From positions 96 to 64,095 of the forward strand of contig CAZQLQ010000005.1 of NCBI GenBank assembly GCA_964594415.1: a stretch of 64,000 nt of DNA. The letters are read 5' to 3'. A model generated the notes under the pieces. The model was not told where the DNA came from, ran no database searches, and worked only from the letters and a program-made list of their open reading frames with translations. Origin of the DNA: an uncultured Candidatus Saccharibacteria bacterium (GTDB taxonomy: Bacteria > Patescibacteriota > CPR2 > UBA1875 > CAIMLA01). Made by a program: the position numbers and the translations under genes. Every line of letters begins with the position of its first letter. Position 1 is the first letter of the stretch. Positions 57,875 to 64,000 of this stretch are shown piece after piece.

Positions 57875-59122
57875 TTAACTCAAAAGCCCTGAGATATATT
57901 CAACTATTTGATCTTTTTTGACCAGGGTTTCTTCTTCAGACACTCTCAGTTTCACGCCATAGCTATTTGAGGCTTCCGTTTTTTTGCTGACTATTATTCT
58001 TATTGGCAACCCAATTAAATCGCAATCCGCGAATTTTGTTCCAGCCGATTCGTCCCTATCGTCATACAAAACAGAAACCCCAGCGTTCTTTATTTCCTCA
58101 TAAAGCTTCTGCGTTTCTTTTAATAGATCTTCCTCATTACCGAGGCAAGAAAGATATATCTTATAAGGAGCTACTTCTTTTGGCCAAATAATGCCATTTT
58201 TATCATTGCATGATTCAACAATTACCCCCATAACCCTTGCTGGACCGATTCCATAACAACCCATAATTGGAAATTGCTGTTTACCAGATTCATCAGTAAA
58301 CTTAAGGTCAAACGCCGTAGAAAACCTATTGCCTAATTTGAAAATGTTGCCAACCTCAACTGCTTTTTCGGCTTTGAGCCTCTCATTGCCGCATTCAGGG
58401 CACTTATCAACATCGCTAATGATTTCCTTGTTTATTGCAATCTTACATTTCTCACATATAAAAATGGTATCTTCGCCTGCAGAGCTAACTGTCTGAAACT
58501 CATGTGAGTATTTACTAAAATCACCACCAGAAGCATAAGTCTTATATGTTATTCCGCCAATTCCGCATTTATCAAAAATATTTTTATAAGCCTCAGCCGC
58601 TTTGTCATAAAAAGAGTTCATACAATCTTCACTTGCGTGAAATGAATATAAGTCCTTCATTATAAACTCCCTTGTCCGCAGTAAGCCAGATTTTGCTCTA
58701 AGTTCATCCCGAAATTTGTCTTGAAACTGATAGAGAGCCAATGGGAGATCTCTGTAAGAGTTAATGTATCTGAGTGCAAGGGGAGTAATTATTTCTTCGT
58801 GAGTCCAACCAAAAACATACTCCTGACCAGTCTTAGACTTGGTCTTAAATGCCACATCTGCGTCATATCTGCCAGTTTTCTTCCAAAAGTCAGATAAATG
58901 GAGCGCTGGTAATAATAGCTCAACAGCTCCCAAGCTATCCATCTCTTTACGAATAATGTCTATAATGTTGTTAAGCACGGTTAGCCCTAAAGGCAAAAAG
59001 GAATAAACTCCTGTTGCTGTTTGATCGATAAAGCCAGCCCTTATAAGCAAATCCGCATTAACGCTTTCAACTTCTTTCGGCCGCTCTTTTCTGGTTTTTA
59101 ATTTCAAAGTCGAAAATCTCAT
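57875..59122 (-). CDS. proS: Proline--tRNA ligase (short form, no INS editing domain)
   Basis: LIRAGFI, THEE, KFRDE.R, REFIMKDLYSF, EVGNIFKLG, MGCYGIG. Confidence 0.96.
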   Translation of the reverse strand: MRFSTLKLKTRKERPKEVESVNADLLIRAGFIDQTATGVYSFLPLGLTVLNNIIDIIRKEMDSLGAVELLLPALHLSDFWKKTGRYDADVAFKTKSKTGQEYVFGWTHEEIITPLALRYINSYRDLPLALYQFQDKFRDELRAKSGLLRTREFIMKDLYSFHASEDCMNSFYDKAAEAYKNIFDKCGIGGITYKTYASGGDFSKYSHEFQTVSSAGEDTIFICEKCKIAINKEIISDVDKCPECGNERLKAEKAVEVGNIFKLGNRFSTAFDLKFTDESGKQQFPIMGCYGIGPARVMGVIVESCNDKNGIIWPKEVAPYKIYLSCLGNEEDLLKETQKLYEEIKNAGVSVLYDDRDESAGTKFADCDLIGLPIRIIVSKKTEASNSYGVKLRVSEEETLVKKDQIVEYISGLLS

Positions 59123-59123
59123 A

Positions 59124-60284
59124 TTACCCCCTTATTTTTTCTATTATTGAATCCCAGATATCAAAACTTACAAAATCCTTAACCGTTACCGTAATCATTA
59201 GTAAAATAAGCAATGAAAAACCTGTTATCTGAATTAAATTTTTAGTTTTAAGTGAAAATTTTCGTTTCGTGATAAATTCCAGTACCGTAAACATCAGATG
59301 TCCGCCATCAAGTGCTGGAATTGGTAGTATATTAAATACTGCTAGGCTTAGACTTAAGATAGCCGTAAACTGTAATAATGAAACAAATCCAAGATGTGCA
59401 AAATAGCTTGTTGCTACCACGATCCCAATTGGCCCCGTAACATCTTGACTTATATTGAATTTAACAATTACTTGCTTAAATAAATCAACTATCGCAAAAA
59501 AAGTTAATTTAGATATTCTTCCAGTTTCCGAAATAGCTGCTAGAAAAGAATAATAAGGGTTGGCTTTCATAACTCCTTTTGTTTCTAGAACAACCCCAAC
59601 CCTGCTAACTTCAATTTCCTTATTACCAGAAGTTATTTTAGACTTATAAGTAGAAAGCGTTTTTTCTAAAATCTCACCATTTCTATCGATAGTTATTCTA
59701 GCGGTTGCCCCTTCATCGGTTTTCTTATTGTAAATTATGCTCAATACCTCATCGCTTAGAAAAATTTCTTCTCCGTCAACTTTCTTAATAATATCCCCGC
59801 TAAGGATGCCCATTTTTTCAGCAGGGCTGTCTTTTTCAACTTCCTTAATTACCACTTTTTGATTATTAACCACCCCTTTATGTTCCCACATTCCTTTGTA
59901 TATTGCCTGCGTACCAACCATAAAACAAATCCAAAACAAAATTACTGCTAGGAAAAAATTCATTAAAACGCCAGCTATATAGATAAATAAAAGCTCAAGA
60001 GGAGACTTTGAAAGCATACTGCGTTTATTTTTTTCTTCCCTTTCGAGGTCTTCTTTCTCAAGTTCGGCCTCATTTTCGCCGCGTAAGCTAACATATCCGC
60101 CAAGTGGTAAGGCGTTAATGGCATATCTTGTTTCTCCAATTTTTTTACTCCATATCTTTGGTGGAAATCCAAAAGCGAATGTTTTAACTTCAACTCCAAC
60201 TTTTTTTGCAGCCAAAAAATGACCAAGCTCATGTACGAATACTACTAGTGAAAATATGAATATAAAAGCTAATATGGTTGTCAT
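59124..60284 (-). CDS. rseP: RIP metalloprotease RseP
   Basis: HELGH, PLGGYV, PDZ domain, NILPIPALDGG. Confidence 0.95.
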   Translation of the reverse strand: MTTILAFIFIFSLVVFVHELGHFLAAKKVGVEVKTFAFGFPPKIWSKKIGETRYAINALPLGGYVSLRGENEAELEKEDLEREEKNKRSMLSKSPLELLFIYIAGVLMNFFLAVILFWICFMVGTQAIYKGMWEHKGVVNNQKVVIKEVEKDSPAEKMGILSGDIIKKVDGEEIFLSDEVLSIIYNKKTDEGATARITIDRNGEILEKTLSTYKSKITSGNKEIEVSRVGVVLETKGVMKANPYYSFLAAISETGRISKLTFFAIVDLFKQVIVKFNISQDVTGPIGIVVATSYFAHLGFVSLLQFTAILSLSLAVFNILPIPALDGGHLMFTVLEFITKRKFSLKTKNLIQITGFSLLILLMITVTVKDFVSFDIWDSIIEKIRG

Positions 60285-61324
60285 TATCTCTCCTTAACTT
60301 TTGGTAAAAACGACGAACAAATCGCAAGAATTTTTTCCTTACGTTCTTGATCTAAGCTCATCTTATCGATCGCCTCAGTATATAATTTAACATAATACTC
60401 CAATTTTACCCATACATCATTGAAGACATCCTTTTCATCTATGAGTTTTTTTATTTCTTTTGCTTCAACTAATGAAATCTGTTTTTCCTTGGAATAAAAT
60501 TTATTTATATAATCTTTTTCCAAATCATTACACTTCTCATAAAAATAAATAATAGGAAGTGTTTTTTTCTTTTCTAAAATATCATTAAGTTCCTCTTTCC
60601 CCGTCGCCTCTTTTGAGCTCCATAAAGAAGCCAGATCATCAAGAATTTGATATGCTATACCGAAGTTTAGACCAAATTTCCACAAATTATCTACTTCCGA
60701 ATCGTCTAAATCTAACACCATACCACTTGCTTTTACAGACGCTCCAATAAGTACCGCGCTCTTTTTTGTAATCATTTCAAAATATTTTTCAGTACTAATC
60801 TTTTTGTCATTAATATTATTCTCTGCTAGTTCGAAGTCAAGAAATTGCCCCTCAGCAACCTGAAGATAGCATTCAAACAAAAATTTTTGAACTTCTTGAA
60901 TATTTTTGCAATCTAGTTTTAGCAACTCTATATTAGCAAGGAGCAATTGAGCATCCCCAGTATTAATTCCATGGTTTATCCCCCATACCTTCCAAACTGT
61001 TGGCCGATTTCTGCGAAGCTCGTCCCTATCCTCAATATCATCATGAATCAATGTAAAATTATGAAATATTTCTATAGCGGCCGCAACCGGAATGCACTGC
61101 TCTTTCTTTCCGTATAAGTCTGCAAAAAATAAGCACAGTGCGGACCTCATTCTTTTGCCCGCATAAATATTTGCCGGCCTGAAATTTTCGTCAGCGTATC
61201 CGAAAAAGTATCTCATCATGTCGTACAGCTGATAATCTTTTCTTGTATCTAAAAGGCTTTTTATCTCGATATCAATACAATCTATATAGTCTTCTAAATC
61301 TTTTAGTTCTTCGTGTTTTTTCAT
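60284..61324 (-). CDS. Short-chain trans-polyprenyl diphosphate synthase (FPP/GGPP)
   Basis: GKRMR, HNFTLIHDDIED..RR, QILDD. Confidence 0.92.
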   Translation of the reverse strand: MKKHEELKDLEDYIDCIDIEIKSLLDTRKDYQLYDMMRYFFGYADENFRPANIYAGKRMRSALCLFFADLYGKKEQCIPVAAAIEIFHNFTLIHDDIEDRDELRRNRPTVWKVWGINHGINTGDAQLLLANIELLKLDCKNIQEVQKFLFECYLQVAEGQFLDFELAENNINDKKISTEKYFEMITKKSAVLIGASVKASGMVLDLDDSEVDNLWKFGLNFGIAYQILDDLASLWSSKEATGKEELNDILEKKKTLPIIYFYEKCNDLEKDYINKFYSKEKQISLVEAKEIKKLIDEKDVFNDVWVKLEYYVKLYTEAIDKMSLDQERKEKILAICSSFLPKVKER

Positions 61325-61326
61325 TC

Positions 61327-62049
61327 TTATTTCCCAAAATTACGCTTTGTCGCTGCATAAAAATCTAGAGCAGCTTTTACATCTGACTCTTTAATATCGG
61401 GCCAGAGAATATCCGTAAAATAAAGTTCCGAATAAGTAGATTGCCATGTAAGAAAGTTCGATAAGCGAAACTGCCCGCCCGTTCTAATTATCAAATCTGG
61501 ATCTTCTTGCCCCTTAGTATATAGACTTTCCTCGATATCCGACTCTGTAATTCTCTTTTTTCCAGAGCTAATTAAGCTGTTTACAGCATCGACTATCTCG
61601 GCTCTTCCTCCATACGAGAAAGCTACATTAATCTTCCCTCTATCATTTTCTTTTGTTTTTTGTTCAAGGATATCTATTGCTTTTAATATATCTGGTGGTA
61701 GGTCTTCTTTTCTCCCAATATGTCTAAAACAAAGTTTCTCCTTAATTATTTTTCTTCCGCTTACCTTAAAGGCATATCGTAAAAGCTCTAGAATATCATC
61801 GACTTCGGATTTTTCTCTTTGCCAGTTTTCAGAAGAAAAGGCATATACAGTGATCGTGTTTACCCCTTGTGTAAATAAAAATTCCATAACTTTTAGAAAG
61901 ACTTCGTATCCCTCTTTATGTCCAGCGGCTGACGATATTCCTCTTTGCTTAGCCCAGCGTCTGTTACCGTCCATTATTATTGCAACATGGCCTGGAATGG
62001 TTATGGCGTCCTTATTACTTTCATTTATGTTAGGATTTTTAGACTTCAA
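61327..62049 (-). CDS. uppS: Undecaprenyl diphosphate synthase
   Basis: HVAIIMDGNRRWA, YAFSSENW, RTGG..RLSNFL.WQ. Confidence 0.97.
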   Translation of the reverse strand: MKSKNPNINESNKDAITIPGHVAIIMDGNRRWAKQRGISSAAGHKEGYEVFLKVMEFLFTQGVNTITVYAFSSENWQREKSEVDDILELLRYAFKVSGRKIIKEKLCFRHIGRKEDLPPDILKAIDILEQKTKENDRGKINVAFSYGGRAEIVDAVNSLISSGKKRITESDIEESLYTKGQEDPDLIIRTGGQFRLSNFLTWQSTYSELYFTDILWPDIKESDVKAALDFYAATKRNFGK

Positions 62050-62596
62050 GTAGCTCTTTCTCTTTTGCTGAAAAAATCTCTTCTATCTTTTTGTTATAAC
62101 TATCCACCAGCTTCTGAACTTCTTCTTCACCTCTATACATATCATCTTCACCTATCTCTCCATCTGTTTTTGCTTTTTTTATAGAACTCCAGACTTCGGC
62201 TCTTGCATTCCTAACAGCAACTCTGGCCTCTTCAGTTTTTTCTTTGCAGACTTTTACATATTCTCTCCTGCGCTCTTCGGTTAATTCAGGGATATTTATT
62301 CTAATAACATCGCCCGCATTTACCGGATTAAATCCCAGACTAGACTCCCTGATAGCTACTTCTATTTGTACCGTAACAGATCTGTCCCAAGGCTGTATCA
62401 ATATCTGCCTTGCTTCAGGTATCGTAATATTAGCAATTTGCCTGATTGTCTGTTTAGTGCCATAAACATCAACAAGAATAGAGTCAACCATGGAAACCGA
62501 GGCTCTGCCTGTATGGATATTGTTTAGTTCTGCTTTTAGGAATTCAATGGATTTGTCTAGTTTAGGTGTTAGTTCTTTTAAATAGTTGTTTAACAT
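62039..62596 (-). CDS. frr: Ribosome recycling factor
   Basis: TGRAS, IQPWD, LTEERR, ARVAVRNAR. Confidence 0.97.
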   Translation of the reverse strand: MLNNYLKELTPKLDKSIEFLKAELNNIHTGRASVSMVDSILVDVYGTKQTIRQIANITIPEARQILIQPWDRSVTVQIEVAIRESSLGFNPVNAGDVIRINIPELTEERRREYVKVCKEKTEEARVAVRNARAEVWSSIKKAKTDGEIGEDDMYRGEEEVQKLVDSYNKKIEEIFSAKEKELLEV

Positions 62597-62622
62597 AGGC
62601 TAATCCTTTCCTTTGTTTATAT

Positions 62623-63213
62623 TTATTTTCCCAGTTCGTATCTCACAAATCGCCTTACAGCAATCTTCTCTCCTATTGCAGCTGTCTTCTCGTTTATCAA
62701 GTCTCCAACCGTTATGTCAGGATTTTTAATAAAGGGCTGTTTGATCAAACAAACCCCAGAAAAATACTTTTCCAGTTTTCCTGAAATAATTTTCTCCAAA
62801 ACTTCTTTCGGCTTATCAGATCCCTCTAGTCTTGCTAATTCAATTTCCTTTTCTTTTTCGATTATTTCAGCCGGAATCTCCTCCGGACTAACATATTCAG
62901 GAGCAGCCGCCGCAACATGCATTACAAGATCGTTTGCTAAATTAATAAAATCTTGATTTCTTGCAACAAAATCAGTTTCAGAGTTTAGCTCAAGAAGTGC
63001 GCCTATCCTGCCATTATGTATATATGAGACCACTATCCCTTCTTTTGCTTCTCTTTCAGCTCTCTTGGCCGCAGTAGCGGCACCTTTTTTCCTCAAGATT
63101 TCAATTGCTTTTACAAAATCACCAGCTGCCTCTTCGAGAGCCTTCTTACAATCCATCATCCCTGCGCCAGTCTGTTCCCTGAGCTTTGCTATATCTTGTG
63201 TACTAATTGCCAT
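62623..63213 (-). CDS. tsf: Elongation factor Ts (short form)
   Basis: LREQTGAGMMDCKKAL, NSETDFVA. Confidence 0.98.
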   Translation of the reverse strand: MAISTQDIAKLREQTGAGMMDCKKALEEAAGDFVKAIEILRKKGAATAAKRAEREAKEGIVVSYIHNGRIGALLELNSETDFVARNQDFINLANDLVMHVAAAAPEYVSPEEIPAEIIEKEKEIELARLEGSDKPKEVLEKIISGKLEKYFSGVCLIKQPFIKNPDITVGDLINEKTAAIGEKIAVRRFVRYELGK

Positions 63214-63221
63214 AATCTCTC

Positions 63222-63920
63222 CTACGCCGCAACTGCTTCTTTATTAGAAACCGGCTTATTTTCATTAATTACTCTTGCGATCTCATTGGAGAAAAGCATA
63301 ATAGATTTCACGGCGTCGTCATTACCAGGAATAACATAATCAACTTCGTCTGGGTTTGCGTTCGTATCAACAACAGCGATAACAGGTATCCCAAGTTTTT
63401 TTGCTTCTCTAACAGCGTTTATTTCTTTCATGACATCAACCACAAATAGAGCATCGGGCAATTTTATCATTTTCTCAATTCCGCCCAAGTTCAGCTTAAG
63501 CTTTTTAGCTTGTTTGGTAGCAACAACTAACTGCTTCTTTGTATTAAAGTCATTTTTTTCAATTTTTTCATTTAGCTTTCTTAGGGTTTCGAGTTGGGAC
63601 AAAATTGTTTCAAAATTGGTTAACATCCCACCTAACCATCTCTCTGTTACGAAAGGCATATCTGAATTTGTTGCTGCCTCTTTAATAATTGCCTGAGCTT
63701 GCTTCTTGGTTCCTACGAAGAGTATTGTACCATTATTTGAAGCGATATTTCTAACGAGAACAAGAGCTTTTTCAAGACTTTCTTCCGTTTTCGCAAGATC
63801 AAATATATGAACCCCACCTCTTTCAGTAAAAATAAAAGGAGCCATTTTGGGATTCCATCGCGAACTTTGGTGTCCAAAGTGTACTCCTGCTTCAAGCATG
63901 TCTTTCATTGTTACATTCAT
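63222..63920 (-). CDS. rpsB: 30S ribosomal protein uS2
   Basis: LEAGVHFGH..RWNPKM, RWLGGMLTN, PGNDDA. Confidence 0.99.
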   Translation of the reverse strand: MNVTMKDMLEAGVHFGHQSSRWNPKMAPFIFTERGGVHIFDLAKTEESLEKALVLVRNIASNNGTILFVGTKKQAQAIIKEAATNSDMPFVTERWLGGMLTNFETILSQLETLRKLNEKIEKNDFNTKKQLVVATKQAKKLKLNLGGIEKMIKLPDALFVVDVMKEINAVREAKKLGIPVIAVVDTNANPDEVDYVIPGNDDAVKSIMLFSNEIARVINENKPVSNKEAVAA

Positions 63921-63934
63921 TTTTTCTCCTTTTC

Positions 63935-64000
63935 TGCTCTTTTAAAGAGCCCTCCACCTTTTCGGCCACCCATCATTATGGGAGGAGTTAAGATAAAAGG
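63935..64000 (-). promoter_or_regulatory. Possible S2-binding rpsB leader (truncated by the window edge)
   Basis: CCTTTT...AAAAGG stem, GGAGG and a GCTCTT..AAGAGC hairpin upstream of the rpsB RBS. Confidence 0.35.

Noticed and set aside
57875-63213. Short ProRS and short EF-Ts as truncated pseudogenes
   Set aside because: Both match known compact forms with all core motifs intact
1-64000. Alternative genetic code (TGA = Gly, as in Gracilibacteria/Absconditabacteria)
   Set aside because: Conserved genes are full length under code 11, and TGA acts as a stop in ATGA/GTGA overlaps

Overview
AT-rich chromosomal window, most likely from a Patescibacteria (CPR) bacterium; this is inferred from gene content, and TGA is used as a stop, consistent with code 11. 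Almost all genes lie on the minus strand. Housekeeping blocks: secA-hpf-serS-lysS(class I)-greA-glyQS-recO-PBP1A; tRNA-Gln-dusB-cysS; recR-ybaB...dnaB-dnaX; tgt; rplJ-rplL; a dTMP/folate operon; mreBCD-mrdA; rpsB-tsf-frr-uppS-rseP-proS. Accessory regions: (i) 0.1-3.7 kb, two surface-protein genes, each behind a near-identical promoter and separated by ~172-bp structured REP-like repeats; (ii) a GT4/GH57/GT3/debranching glycogen cluster; (iii) 22.2-30.5 kb, with a GH18-like/deacetylase/GT2 fusion, a duplicated microprotein operon (one copy decayed), a pseudokinase and a tRNA-Gln-linked repeat; (iv) a lipid-carrier glycosylation cluster splitting dnaX from ybaB-recR. The most striking unannotated signal is two ultra-acidic microproteins (27 and 57 aa, strong RBSs, below the ORF-track cut-off) between rplJ and rplL, whose L7/L12 also has an acidic heptad-repeat N-terminal extension. 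No CRISPR array, integrase, transposase or rRNA was seen. All calls come from reading motifs by eye; no database searches were run.
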